Below, piece after piece: positions 50,680 through 64,000 of a stretch of 64,000 nucleotides of DNA (positions are counted from its first letter, which is position 1; the number at the start of each line of letters is the position of its first letter). The stretch lies in assembly GCF_963921235.1 (NCBI RefSeq), contig NC_086097.1:175090001-175154000 (forward strand), read 5' to 3'. The translations under genes and the position numbers were made by a program. The DNA is from Mobula hypostoma. Lineage: Eukaryota. The notes under the pieces are model-generated. The model made no database searches. It was not told the DNA's origin and saw nothing but the letters and a program-made list of their open reading frames with translations.

Positions 50680-51320
50680 CTGAGGATTGGAAAATGTCTT
50701 TCAGTCCAGAAAAATGTGACATATTGCATTTTGGGGGATCAACCCAGAGTACGACTAACACAGAAAATGATAGGGCTCTGTTGTGGAAGAGAAGAACTAG
50801 GAAGTACTAGTGCACAGTTTGCTGAAAGTGGCATCTCAGGTAGATAGGATGGTGAAGAAGGTATTTGACGTGATAGCCTGCACCAGTCAAGAAGTTCAGT
50901 AAAGGAGCTGAGAAGTTGTGTTGTAGTTATGTGACACTGGTGAGGCTGCAATTGGACCATTGTGTACAGATTTGGTCGCATTGTTATCAGAAAGGTGTTA
51001 TTAAATTAAAAAGAGTTGAAAAAGATTTACCAGGATGTTGCATGAATTTAGGGGCTTGAGTTACAATGAGAAGTTGCATAGGACTTTAGGACTTCATTCC
51101 CTGGAATAGAGGGGACTGAGGGGTGACCTGAGATAAGATAATGAGACAGGGTGAAAGTAGACAGGGGGTGCTGTAAACATGAGGGCATAGGTTTAAAACC
51201 ACAGACAAGAGATTTAAAAGGGACATCAGGTCATCTTCTTCACCCAAAGTGTGACGTATGTTTGGAATGAGCTGCCAGAAATAATGGGTCAGTTGGAAAC
51301 ATCAGCAATGTTTAAGAGCT
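50680..51320 (+). mobile_element. Old CR1 LINE fragment
   Basis: Degenerate LVRLQLDHCVQIWS..RFTRML..LRGDL. Confidence 0.7.
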
Positions 51321-53019
51321 ACCAAACAAAAAAAAATTGAAAAATTGAGACACAGGAGACCTCAGATGCTGAAATCAAGAGCAAAAGCAGGTCAGTCAGC
51401 ACCTGTGGAGAGAAATGGACAGTCAATGTTTCAGGTCAAGATCCTTCATCTGGACTGAAGGATAGAAGTGAACTTGTCAGTATAAAAAAGTGAGTGGGAG
51501 GTATGGTCGAGAGCTGCTGGCAATAAGTGAGAAGGGGTGATAGGCAGATGGAGGAGGGGAGATTAGGAGTAGTGGCAGAAGCTGGGAGGTGAGAGGTACA
51601 GGTGACAGAGGGCTGCAGGTGATGGAATCTGATAGGAGAGGCAGGTGGAACATAGAGCCAAATAAAAGAGGTGGTAGATGGGAACAATGTGGGGGGAAAA
51701 TAGAAAAACAGATTGTTCTTACAATGATTGAAACAACAAGCTTTTGAAACACAAGAAGTATCCAAAGAATTAATTGTGGACTTCCAGGAGGGAGAATTTA
51801 GGAGAACACACACCAGTCCTCATTGAGGGGGTCAATGGTGGAAAGAGTGAGCAACTTCAAGCTCCTAGGGATCAAGATATTAAGGGACCTACTTTGAGCC
51901 AATCATGAAGAAGGCACACAGGCAGCTATATTTCATTGGGAGTTTGAGGAGATTCATCAGAAACTGTTGGAAATTTCTGACTGATTACATCACAACCTAG
52001 TATGGGGGATGCAATCAATATACAGGATTACAAGAGGCCACAGGGGATTGTAGACTTGGCCATCTCCATCATAGACACGGCTCTCCCCACATCTACATGA
52101 CGTGGTGCCTCAGGAAGGCAGCATCATTAAGGACCCTCATCATCTAGGACATGCCCTCTTTTCTTTACTATCATCAGGAAGGAAGTGATAGGAGCCTGAA
52201 GACTTACTCTCAATGCTTTAGAAACAACTTGTTTTGCTCCACCATCAGATTTCTGAATGGACTGTGAATCTATGAATGCAACCTTGTTATTCCTTTGCTT
52301 TTGACATTATTTATTGATTTTGTAGTAATGTTATGTCTGTTCTGTACTGTTGCCACAAGACATCAAATTTCATTTCATTTCAGTCAATAATAAAACATTT
52401 AATCCTGATCCTGTACCACCCAGGCAGAATAAGGAAGGAAAATTATATTGTAAAGTGATGGACATCTTTTTGCAACTGTGCAGGGCTTCAGTGAGAGTTT
52501 ACTTTTGGTCTTTAAGGAAGGGTATAGATGACAGAGCTATAGTGATATATATGCATTTTGATAATAGATTTACTTTGAACTTTGAACCCATGGAGAAAGG
52601 CTGAGCAAGGTTGGCTCATGCTTACCTTGAAGGCCAGAATAACACTAATGAAGAAAACAACAATGAAGAGCAAGTAGGTTGGGTTCATCGACATGATGTC
52701 TTCCTTGTATGGCATGTCATCAGGCTGTGGAAGCAAAAGGCAAGAAACAAATTATCCCTGGAACTGCTGGTATATGGCACCACACAGATCCACACAGTCC
52801 TTCCTCTCATCGTTCCCATCTCCACTTCCATTCTGAGCACCAACAATAGCTATAATCGTTCAGTGCAAACCACATCAGCACGGATCCCTGAAACACACTC
52901 TCTCCTGAGCTCTACCATGGGAACTAGTGGAGAGAGGGAAAAAAGATTCAAGCATCCTTGAAGAAACACAAATGGACAGGAGAGATTTGGAGGGAAATGG
53001 GCCAAATAGAGGCAAATGA

Positions 53020-53660
53020 GAGCAACACACATAAAATCCTGGAAGAACTCAGCAGGCCAGTCGGCTATGGAAGGAAACAAATAGTTGATGTTTTGGTTAA
53101 GTCCCTTCATCAGAACTGTAAAGGAATGGGGCTGAAGCCAAAATAAGAAGGCAGGGTGAGAGAAGAGTGCAAGAGAGCAGGTGATAGATAAAACCAGGAG
53201 ATGGGGCAAGGTGGGTTGGTGAGGGAGGGGTAGGGGGTTGTAGTAAGAAGCTAGGAGGGGATAGGTGGAAGAGGCAAGGCTGAAGAAGGAATCTGATAGG
53301 AGAGGGCAGTTGACCATGGAAGAAAGGGAAGGAGGAGGGGAACCAGAGGAAGGTGATATGGCAAGGGAGGAGGGAAAGGCTGGAAGGGCCACCGGAGTGG
53401 GGAATGGTGGAAAAAAACAAAAAAACAAAGAAAAAGGATGAGGGAGTAGTGAAAAATAGAGGGGAGTGATTACCAGAGGTTATAGAGATCATGCCATCAG
53501 GTTGGAATATGAGATGTTGCTCCTTTGGCCTGTGTTTGACCTCATTATTGCAGTAGGAGAGGACGTGGATGGTCATCTTGATGTGGGAATGGGAAGTGGG
53601 ATTGAAATGGATGGCCGCCGGGAGATCCTGCCTTTTGCGGTGGACAGAGTGAAGCTGCGT
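53020..53660 (-). mobile_element. Penelope-like 3' fragment and terminal repeat; similar at 51350-51700 and 58030-58480
   Basis: Reverse complement of the 22900-23445 unit. Confidence 0.7.
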
Positions 53661-54049
53661 TTCTGATAGGCAAATGGGACTAGCTCACTTAGTCAATGTG
53701 GTCAATGTGGGCAAGTTGAGCCCTGTTCTCCATGCAGTATAACTTCAAGACTCTCTCGCCACTGATTCATGGAATGTCTGGCCCAGGGCTGCACACAGTG
53801 GGTAAAGAACGCTGAAAAGGAAACCAAGAACCATCAAAACACACAGCAACCCTGTGGGAAAAGTGAATCACCTCACGGACAACCCTCTCACCACCCTGTC
53901 AGGCACCTGCTGTCCTGTCAGCGGAAAAGTCTGTGATTCCCACATCAGCTTCATCAGCCACTCAAAAACCCAGCATGGAAGTAAATCACCTTCAGTCTTG
54001 AGGGACTGTCTGAGAAGATGTTAAGGAAGGCTAAATATCTGGTTGTGAC

Positions 54050-54730
54050 TTCAAGAAGGGGATTCAGGGTGAACATGTTTAAATTCCTAGGCCTTAACAT
54101 TTTGGATGCCCTGATCTGAGCCCAACACACAGACTTACTTTCCCTGGAGGTTAAGCTTGTCACTGAAAAATCAAACAAACTACTAGTGATGTACTGTTGA
54201 AAGTGTCCTGATTGTTTGCCATGTGATCTGATACAAGGAATTCAACGCACAGGAATGCAAGAAGCTGCAGAGAGTAGTAGATTCTGCCCAATACATCATG
54301 GGCACATCTCTCCCCACCAGCAGGGTGTGCTATCTCGAGAAGGCAACATATACTGTCAAAGATCCCCACCGTCTGGGCCGTGCCATCTTCTCACAGTTAC
54401 CATCAAGCAGGAGGTACAGAAGCCAGAAGTCCCACACCATCGGGCTCAAGAACAATTACTTCCCTTCAACCATTCAGGTCTTGAACCAACCAGCACAACC
54501 CTAATCACTACAGTTTAGCAACACTATGACCACTTTGCGGTAAAATGGATGTTTTTCATTCTAATTGTGTTCTTTCTTGTAAAAATTTTGCATAACCTGT
54601 TTTTTTTTCTGAGTGCTGCTTATCTGATATTATGCGCCGGTGATGCTGCGACGAGTGAGTTTTTCATTGCACCTGAGCAGACATGTTCTTGTGCTTATGG
54701 CAATAAATTCAACTTTGACTTTGATTTTGA
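54050..54730 (+). mobile_element. Rex1/Babar-like LINE 3' end; similar at 51760-52410 and 60890-61210
   Basis: MGTSLPT...VKDPHRLGRAIFSQLPSSRRYRSQKSHT..KNNYFPSTIQVLN. Confidence 0.8.
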
Positions 54731-55689
54731 AGAGTATTTGTGTCATACCAGCTGTTGCAAGTAGTCCTGGATGGAGTTTGGGTAGACAACCAGACTGATT
54801 GCGACAAGAGTGTTGAGGGCGCAGTCAAAGATCTGGTAACAGAAGAACGGGACGATCCAGGCACTGCGTTGCTGGAAAACAAGAAGGAACAAAGATGTAT
54901 GAACTGCAGGCAGTAACCTGACCAACTCCGTCCTCTATCGCAACAGAATGCCGACACTCCCTCACGGTGAACGCTGCAGCAGAGAGTGGGCCTGCCTTAT
55001 AGCATGGTAGAGTGGTGGTAAGCTTAATGCGGTTACAATGTTAGCTACCTGGGTTCAAAGCCACTACCGTCAGTAAGAAGGTTGTGTGTTCTCTCCGTGA
55101 TCACATGGCATTTTTGAGGTAGCAGCTAGCGTAATGCACTAAAGCGCCAGCAAACTTGGTTCAGTTCCTGCTGCTGTCTGTAAAGAGTTTGTACATTCTC
55201 CTCATGAACGAGTGGGTTTCCTTCAGGTGCCCAGGTTTCCTCCCACATTTGGAAGCCATGTGGGCTAGTAAGTTATGGGCGTGCTATGCTGCTGCTGGGA
55301 ACACGGCAACACCAGACCGCTGCTGTCACCACATTCTCAGACTGCGTTGGTCATTGACGCACATGACACTGTATGCTTTGATGTTTTGTGTAAACGTGAC
55401 AAATAAAGATAATCTTTCATCTCTTCAGCATCTGTGATTCCCAGATTACCTACAGATCATCCCTCCACACCAAAATTCCCATGCTATGTGAGTTGTTCTA
55501 GGTTTCACCAGCAGTGGAATCACAAAATGTGGTCCATCCACTCCTCACTACTGATCTCTGCTGAAGTATCTCATCAAATAGGCTTTTCGGCCCATCAAAC
55601 CACTGCTGACCACCAAGCACCCATTTTATTTTTATGTACAAATACATTTATTTCAACTTCTGCATTAGTACAAACTACAACAGTAACAC

Positions 55690-56560
55690 TAGACACTATA
55701 ACAATAACTCACATGAACTAAGTTAAAATAGTACCATGCTCATCTAGGGTGCAATTTATCCCCTGTGGTGCTCAATGGTCACGGAACAATTCCATGATAC
55801 CCATGGGCAAGCGTGTTCTTTCTCCAGGGTTACCCAGGCACAGACGTACCCTCGGAAATTTGCCAGGCAGTCAACCCAGGTGGAGCTCTCCAATGCCCAC
55901 CTCAGGACCACGAATAGCTAAATTGGTCAATCCCAGGAGCAAATTCACTAGGCCACCCCCTACCCCCATCATACTGGATTAAAGAGGGTGGAGCTAAAAT
56001 GTGACCAGAAGGCGAGGAGCAGCTCCCCCCCACCCAGGTAAGTGAAAAGAGCCTGCAGCCCCGTGGCACATGGCCTTTCACAGCCCGCAGAGGTGGCATG
56101 CAGCTGGGAGATCTGTGTATAGGCTGATGAGCACCACTCAGTGCAGCAGTCTCCATCCAGTGTAGAAGGGAAGTGCACCCGCATGAAGAGACTTCCACCG
56201 GTGAGCCTGACATTTACAGCCGGCTCCCAGGCTACAACAAAGTGTCACGTCTTGAGAACTGCCCGCAAGTTGGAATTCAACCACAGCGGTGCGTGGAAGA
56301 GAATGGCGGTGACGGGAGAGTGAGCGGGTGTGGGAGAAGAGCAGCCCCCACCCTGACTTGGCACTCCCAACTCTGCTCAGCTCTACCCAGGCCCCAATTG
56401 TCGAGGCTCGGGTCAGGGCCATGGAGAAAAGGCAGGGAGAAGTGCCCCTTTCCCACCTGGCAGAAGACACCTGCAGCCCTGCACTAGCCAGTAAATGGGT
56501 CCCCATTCTCCCTGCTGGTCTCCTAAACACTCGCTCATGTGTATGGGGTGTCTGTAACCC
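55690..56560 (-). mobile_element. Tx1/L1-like LINE ORF2 C-terminal remnant
   Basis: Frameshifted Cys/His-knuckle region followed by LQALFTYL...LLLAFWSHFSSTL and LLLGLTNLAI motifs, typical of fish Tx1-like ORF2. Confidence 0.6.
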
Positions 56561-59500
56561 AGAGAGGAGCTGAACACTGATCCTACACTACACCCATTCT
56601 GTTCCCATAAATTCCCATTAATTCCCATTAACTCCCTCAGATTCTGCCACTCACTTACACTAGGGACAACTTACCAGCCATTTCTTTTTGGATGTGGGAC
56701 CCCTTGGAGCAAACCCATGTGATCACCCGGAGAGCGTGCGCACTCCACATGGACAGTGCTAGAACTTAGGATCAAACCCTGGGTCGCACAGGGAGGCGGC
56801 AGCTCTCCCCACTTTGCCACTGTTCTGTCTTGCCTTCACTGGCAAAGAGGCCAGTGCAGTTCACAAGTTCTGACCAAGGTGTTGTCAGTCGTAGTAAGAA
56901 GGTTTAAGTCTGAAACGTGTTAGAGACAAGTGAGAACTCAGTGGCATAATTAAATGTGTTTAAAATGGAACCGCTAAAATTAGACCCAATTTACCACTTG
57001 GTATGTCGGTGAGAAATAACACAGTAGTGAGAATTGGAGAGGCAGACAAATTGAACTCTTCCCGGTGTAAAATGGTGGCTGGTGGTTTGAGCAATGGACA
57101 CAGAACGCTGGAGGAACTCAGCAGGTCAGGCAGCATCTATGAAGGAAAATGAACAGTCGACGTTTCAGACGGGCATCTTTTATCTGCCTTGATGGGTTGT
57201 GGCTTGAAATATTGATTGTTGATTCCCCTCCATAGATGCTGCCTGACTTGTTGAGTTCCTCCAGCGTTCTGTGTGTGTTGCTCAACATTTCCAACACACA
57301 AGATGCCAGAGGACCTCAGAATCTCCTGCGTCTGCAATTGGGGGTTTGTTCTCATTTGTTGTTCATTCAGAAGATTATGGGTTCAAGTTCCACACCTGAG
57401 ACTAGAGTAACAAAGCACAAAGAGCTCCCCAGTGACCCTCCAGGGGCTTTTAGATGAGGAATTAAGTGGAGGTCCCTTTTGCCTCTTCAGCTGGAAGTCG
57501 AAGGTCAAAGCTGCACGTGTCAGGGTTCCGTCCTGACCTCTAGTGTTCTCTGCATGGTGTTTGCACGACCTGGTGGGCTTACTCCAGGCGCACTGTCTTT
57601 TCCAACAGTCCAAAGATGGATTAGTCCATTGTATTTTAACCCTAGTGTGTAAATGAATGGTAGAATGTGTGGGAGCTGATGAAAATATGGGGAGAATAAA
57701 ATAGGATTAGTGTAAATGGGTGCTTGATGGTCAGCATGGACTCGGTGGGCCGAAGGGCCCGTTTTGTGCTATATGACTCTGTGGCTGTAAGAGCAAGGAA
57801 GATCCCCCGTGATAATGTTCCCACTGTCTTCACAAGTGTTGCCCCAGATTTCCTGCTCCCGCAGAATCTCGAGTCACTCTGTTCACGTTGCTGTTTGTGT
57901 GACGGCATGCTATCACAGACTGGCAAGGCAGTTCTTGCATTATAAGCAAGAACTAGAGGACATGGATTTCGGGTTAGAAGGAGAGATTCAATCGAGACAT
58001 GAGGGGCAACTTTTTCCCCCAGAGCAATACATAACCCTGGAGGAACTCAGCAAGTCAAGCAACATCCACGGAGGGGAGCAAGCAGTCGACATTGCAGGCT
58101 GGGGCGCTTCATCAGGACTGAAAAGGAAGTGGGGAAGAAGCCAGAATAAGAAGGCTGGGGGGGGGGAGGGAGGGAGTACACACTGGCAGGTGACAGGTGA
58201 GACCAGGTGAGGGGAAGGTGGGTGGCGAGATAAGGTAAGAATCTTGGAGGTGATAGGTGGAAGAGGTAAAGGGCTGAAACGGAAGGAATCTGATAAGAGA
58301 GAACAGTGGACCATCGGAGAAGGCGAACCAGAGGGTGGTGAGGGGCAGGTGAGGAAAAAGAAAATGGGTGAGAGGGAATGGAAAAAGAGAGGAGGAGGAG
58401 GAAGAGTAATTGATGTTCATGCCATCAGGTTGAAGGCTACCCAGATGGAATCTGAGTTGTTGCTCCTCCAGCCCGAGTCAGGCTTTTTTCACCCAGAGAG
58501 TGCTCTGTATATGGAACGAGCTGCCAGGTAGGAAGTGGTTGAGGCAGGTGTATTAACAGGATTGAAACACACCTAGACATGGATAGGAAATGCTTAGAGG
58601 GAAATGGGCCAAATGCCAAAAAATAGGACTAAGTTAGATGATAATCTTGGTCAGCATGGACCAGTTGAGCCAAAGGGCCTGTTTTCCTGCTCGATGACCC
58701 AATATCTCTATGACAGAGACTGCACTCCACAAGGTGCTTTGGGAATGTCTCAAAGTGGATGTGATAGGTGTTAGGGCAAAATAGTATTCCTTTAATTCAT
58801 ATCCACGCTGGGATTGCTTTGTAGGAGTCAGCCTGTTTTTAGTTATGGAACAAACCTTTCTGGAAAAATATGAAGTCACTTTTTTTAAACCTACAGATGT
58901 GAAAATATTGTATTGACTTTCATCAACCTGAGAATGCATTGCAAAATGCTTAGTTCGAAACAAAATGATAGAGTTTACTCAGCTAACCAAAAACCACCAA
59001 GTTTTAGCTGCAGGGGATCAGGGCACTGGGCTCTTCCTGTACCTTATATGCTCCGTAAGTGGCCATCCCGCAGATTGTAATCATAAGCAGCGAAATTGCA
59101 GTGGCAATGCATATACCTGGAACAGAGAAACAGGAGTCATGCACAGCACAAACAACACACTATCATTGCAAGCCATATCACTGCAGCAGGCCGTAATTAT
59201 TAAACCTGAATACTGACCAAATACAGGGAATGGTGGTGGAAGAGTTAACCTACTGGAGGTCCTGACTGAAGATCTAACCTTAAGAATTCAAGCATCATCA
59301 AGGAAATTGGAAAATTTAAATTCTAATTAATTAAATGCATATCGTTTTAATATTGATTTATCATTGACACGTGCCAAGATGCAGTGAAAATCTTTGTTTT
59401 GCATGGAATCCATAAAGATAATTTTTTACAATAGTGCATTGAGGTAGGGCAAGGGAAAATAATAACAGGATGCAGAATAAAGTGTTACAGTTACACAGAA

Positions 59501-62319
59501 AGTGCAGTGCAGGCAGGCAGGCAATAAGATGCAAGGCCACAGTGAGGCAGATTGTGAGGTTAAGAATCCATTTTATCATATTAGAGAACTGTTCAATAAT
59601 CTCATTCAATGTCAGCTTTAAGGTTAGAATGTCTGTTTCCTTTGGAGCAGGGAGTGCTGAGAAGGGATTTGTTCATGGTAGATGAGACTATGACTGGTTT
59701 GATCAGAGATTCAGACTCCTACAACCCTCTGAGTGATAACATTTTCCTCATCCCCTCTTCATAGATTCTACAAATTACTTTAAATCTCTAACCTGTGATA
59801 TTTAACCCCTCTACATTTCCTATCCATTTTGTCCTGTTCCCTCTCAGTATTAGTTGCCTTTATTAAACCTACTGCATTCCAAGGAAGACATCCCTGGCTT
59901 ATTCAATCTTCCTTTGCGTCCCTTTTCTTTCAATCCTGATGACACCCTTGCAAATCACCCCTGCACTGGCTCCATCTTCCCTGCAATGCTGTAATCAGAA
60001 CAGTCCACGGTTCTTTGGCTGGGGTCTCACTAACACAGTGGTGAGTGAATTTGTCCATGCTGGTTCAGGAGCCTGATGGTTGTAGAGTCATAACTGTAGT
60101 GAATCTGGTGGTGTGGGACCTCCTGTCTGATGGTAGTAGGGAGAACAAGGCATGGGTGTTTGGCTGAAGGGCTTCTTCCTGTGCTGTACTCTCCCATGTT
60201 CTTTGTTCTAATTAACATAACAGCACTATTTTAGACTCACATATTTCATCACGGAAACAGGCCCTTCAGCCCATCCAGTCGCTGCCAGCCTCACCTTCTA
60301 CCTAGTCCCATCTACCTGCACCTGGACCATAGTCCTCCATACCCTTCTCATCCACCTACCTATCCAAACTTACTCTTATTACAACTGAACCGGCGTCTAC
60401 CACAGTCTGCTGGCAGCTCGCTTCACAGTCACTCACCCTCTGAGAGATCTGTGATGAAACTGCAGCATCTGGGTAAAATCCATAAAGTCACAAAAAGCAC
60501 TGGAGGTCAGAATTGTTCACTTTGTAATCAATACAGTTTTTAGTTCTAGTGTTTTTAATATTGATGACCTTAATTCAATTAAAATAAATTGCAAGTTAAA
60601 ATTTCCCCACCTCAGAAACACACAACTGTGATACGTTCAATAGGAGGTGGCAACCACCAGGCAGTTACCTACTGTTTAATCATTTAAAAGCAATAATTGT
60701 TGACAGTTCCTGGTGGAGGATGGGTTGCAATCAATTGAATTCTTTCCTGAAAATCAGATATACAATAAATTAACGTCTGGTGACAAAACACTTCAGATTA
60801 CATTGCAAGTTCGAACTGCCACATGTGTGGGACAGGGAGGTTTAGAGCATAGCTTGTATAAGCAATACTAACACTAGCACACACAACTAACGAGGACCTT
60901 TCAAGAGGCCGTGCCTCAAGGAGGCAGCATCCATCACTAAGGACTCTCCCCATCCCTCTTCTCATTACTACCTTCAGGGAGGAGGTACAGGAGCCTGAAA
61001 ATTCACACTGAATAAATCAGAAACAGCTTGTCCCCTCCACTGACAGATTCCTGAACAGTCTATGAACCCATCAACAATACCTTGTGATTCAATTTTATGC
61101 ATCATTTTTTTATTTTGCAATTTATTGTAGTTTTGTGTCTTTGCAATCAACTGCTGCTGCAAAACAACAAATTTCACCTTATTTAAGTCAGTGATAATGA
61201 ATCTGATTCTGAAGAAGCTATGAACTAAAAGTGGGCTTTAACTCAGAACCATCAGGACTTTGAAGGAGGGTCCTTATGAAGTGTCTCGGCCCAAAACACT
61301 GACTCTTTATTCCCCTCTGGAGATACTGCCTGACTTGCTGAGTTGCTCCAGCGTTTTATGTGTGTATTTTTTTCTGTGATAAATTCTTCTCTAATGGATC
61401 ACTTCTGTGTGAACTCGTTCTCCAACCTCTATCTAGAGCCACTAGATGGCAGTGCAAACAACAGGAATTCTGCAGCTGCTGGAAATTCAAGCAACACACA
61501 TAAAAGTTGCTGGTGAACGCAGCAGGCCAGGCAGCATCTCTAGGAAGAGGTGCAGTCGGCGTTTCAGGCCGAGACCCTTCGTCATGTGTGTTGTTAGATG
61601 GCAGTGCAAGACAGCTTTGATGGACAGGTCTGACCCAGCTGAGGATGTCTGCTGTCCAGGACCATTCTAGTCAATTCACAACTGTGAGATCAGGTGACCA
61701 ATCACCAATTCTTCTGTCTCCCATTCTTCCTCCCCTGACTGTGGTCTCTCGATATTTTTACAAGAAAAGTTCAGTATAAACTTGCGGAAGAACCCTTTAT
61801 CTCCTGACTTGGCAAGTTACAGCCTTTTGGAGCTTATGCTGAGTTGAATAACTTCCAGTAATGGTTCTGTTGCTGCCTCAGAGCCATCCCTTTTGTTCCT
61901 TTATTAGTCCTAATCCAACCATTCCTTCCTGTAATTCACTCCTTCTTTCCTTTTGGTTCGCTCTGTCACTCTCCAACCACCCAACCCTTTCTCTGCATCT
62001 TAGAACTTGGGATCTACCTGGATAAATGGGAACGATCTGGGCACCCGAAATCAGAACTAAGAACCTGGGATCTGGACTAGGCAACCAGTATCCAGATAAG
62101 TTATTCCGGATCAGGGATAGTTTGTTCCCTCACCAGTACCGACATCAATTTTAGATAAACTTTTTAAAGAATTGGTAAAGGCACTGTACGTGTCTGTTAA
62201 TTATTATCCCCGCTCTAATCTCTTTCATTAGAATTAGAATTTTATTGCTTATATCCATCTCACAACACGAAGGAGCAAAAATCTTTATGTTGCATCTCTG
62301 TCACAATGTACACGCAATA

Positions 62320-64000
62320 ATGTTTTCTCCAGAGGAACTCATTCTGACTATGGCCTATTTTATCCTGTGCCTCCAAGTACTCTGAGACCTGAGACTTCAT
62401 CCTTAATAATCGACTCCAACATCTTCCCAACCATTGAGGTCAGATTAACTGTCTTACGGTTTTCTTTCTTCTGCCTCCCTCTCTTCTTGAAGAGTGGAAT
62501 AACATTTGCAATTTTCCAGTCTATAGAAACATTCCAGAATCTAGTGATTCTTAAAAGATCATTACTAATGCCTCCACAATCTCTTCAGCCACCTCTTTCA
62601 GAACCCTGGGGTTTACACCATCTGGTCCAGGTGAGTTATCTACCTTCAGAACTTTCAGTTTCCCAAGAACCTTTTCTCTAGTTATGGTAACTTCACACAC
62701 TTCATGACCCCTGACACCTGAAACTTCCACAATGCTGCTAGTGTTGTCCATAGTGAAGACTAACGCAAAATACTCATTCAGTTTGTTGGCCATTTCCTTG
62801 TCCTCCATTACTACCCCTCCAGCTTCATTTTCCAGAGTTCTGATATATGCACTCTTGACTCTCTTTTACACTTTACATATCTGAAGAAACTTTTGATATG
62901 CTGTTCAATATTATTGACCAGCTTATTTTTGTATTCCATCTCCACCTTCTTAATGACTTTTTAGTTGCTTTCTGTTGGTTTTTAAAAGCTTCTCAAACCT
63001 CTAACTTCCCACTAATTTTTGCTCTATTATATGCCCTCACTTTGGCTTTTATGCTGGCATTGACTTCTCTTGTTAGCCACGGTTGTGACATCTTGCCTTT
63101 AGAATACTTCTTCCTCTTTGGGATGTATATATCCTGTGCCTTCCAAATTGCTTCCAGAAATTCCAGCCTTTGCTGCTCTGCCGTCATCCCTGCCAGTGTT
63201 CATTTCCAATCAATTCTGGCCAACTCCTCTCTCATGCCTCTGTAATTCCCTTTACTCCACTGTAATACTGATACATCTGACTTTAGCTTCTTCTCAAATT
63301 TCATGGCAAATTCAATCATATTATGATCACTTTCCCCTAAGGGTTCTTTTATCTTAAGCTCTCTAGTCAGTCTGGTTCATCGCAAAAAACCCAGTCCAGA
63401 ATAGCTGATCCTTTCATGGGCTCAACCACAAGCTGCTCTAAAAAAACATCTCATAGGCACTCTAGAAACTCCCCTTCCTGTAATCCAAACTACCTGCATA
63501 TTGAAATCCCCCATGACTGTTGTAACATTGCCCTTTTGGCATGCATTTTCTATCTCTCATTGTAATTTGTAGACCACACCACATCCTTGCTACTGTTTTG
63601 AGGGTCTGTATACACTCCCATCAAGGTCTGTTTACCCTTGCAGTTCCTTACCTCTATCCACAATGATTTAACATCCTCCGACCCTCTGTCACCTCTTTCT
63701 AATGATTTGATTTCATTTTTTTACCAACACACAATGCTGCCCCGTCTACTTTCCTGCCTGTCCTTTCAATACAATGTGTATCCTGGGACATTAAGCTCCC
63801 AGCTATAATCTTTCAACCGTGGTTCAATGATGCCTACAACATCATACCTGCCAATCTGCAACTGTGCTGTAAGTTTATCTACATTATTCCATATACTGCG
63901 CACACTCAAACGTAACACCTTCAGTCCAGTAGTCACCCATTTTGATTTTGTTCCCCTTTTACATTGTAACTATTGACTGCAATTTTGCCCCATCAACAGC
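62320..64000 (-). mobile_element. CR1 LINE ORF2 (endonuclease to RT N-terminal), degenerate
   Basis: VMGDFN; QPWLTREV; MANKLNEYFALVFT...LKVDNSPGPDGVNPRVLKEVAEEIVEALVMIF. Confidence 0.88.

Noticed and set aside
52850..53576. Long Pro/Ser/Leu/Phe-rich ORFs
   Set aside because: Translations of the pyrimidine-rich Penelope terminal region.

Overview
Vertebrate genomic DNA. The repeat landscape (CR1, Rex1/Babar, Penelope-like elements, tRNA-type SINEs) points to a cartilaginous fish, probably a ray. The window holds one complete gene, RPL30 (+ strand, four coding exons at 10609-18838, 115 aa), with a CpG-island/5'TOP promoter and the intronic H/ACA snoRNA SNORA72, whose guide for 5.8S rRNA U55 is intact. 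The first coding exon of a divergent gene, most likely ERICH5 (MGCSSS..., - strand, 2010-2097), lies upstream. Mammalian synteny predicts MATN2 downstream of RPL30, but I found only decayed matrilin-type EGF exon remnants, one of them duplicated on both sides of RPL30. The rest is mostly transposon debris, and nearly all ORFs in the supplied track are TE fragments or spurious. Notable items: many Penelope-terminus minimal hammerhead ribozyme motifs, often in fold-back pairs; a young TIR element with a 7-bp target-site duplication; several nested insertions; and a Pro53->Ala change in RPL30. Family names come from recalled motifs, not database searches, and TE boundaries are approximate unless TSDs are cited.
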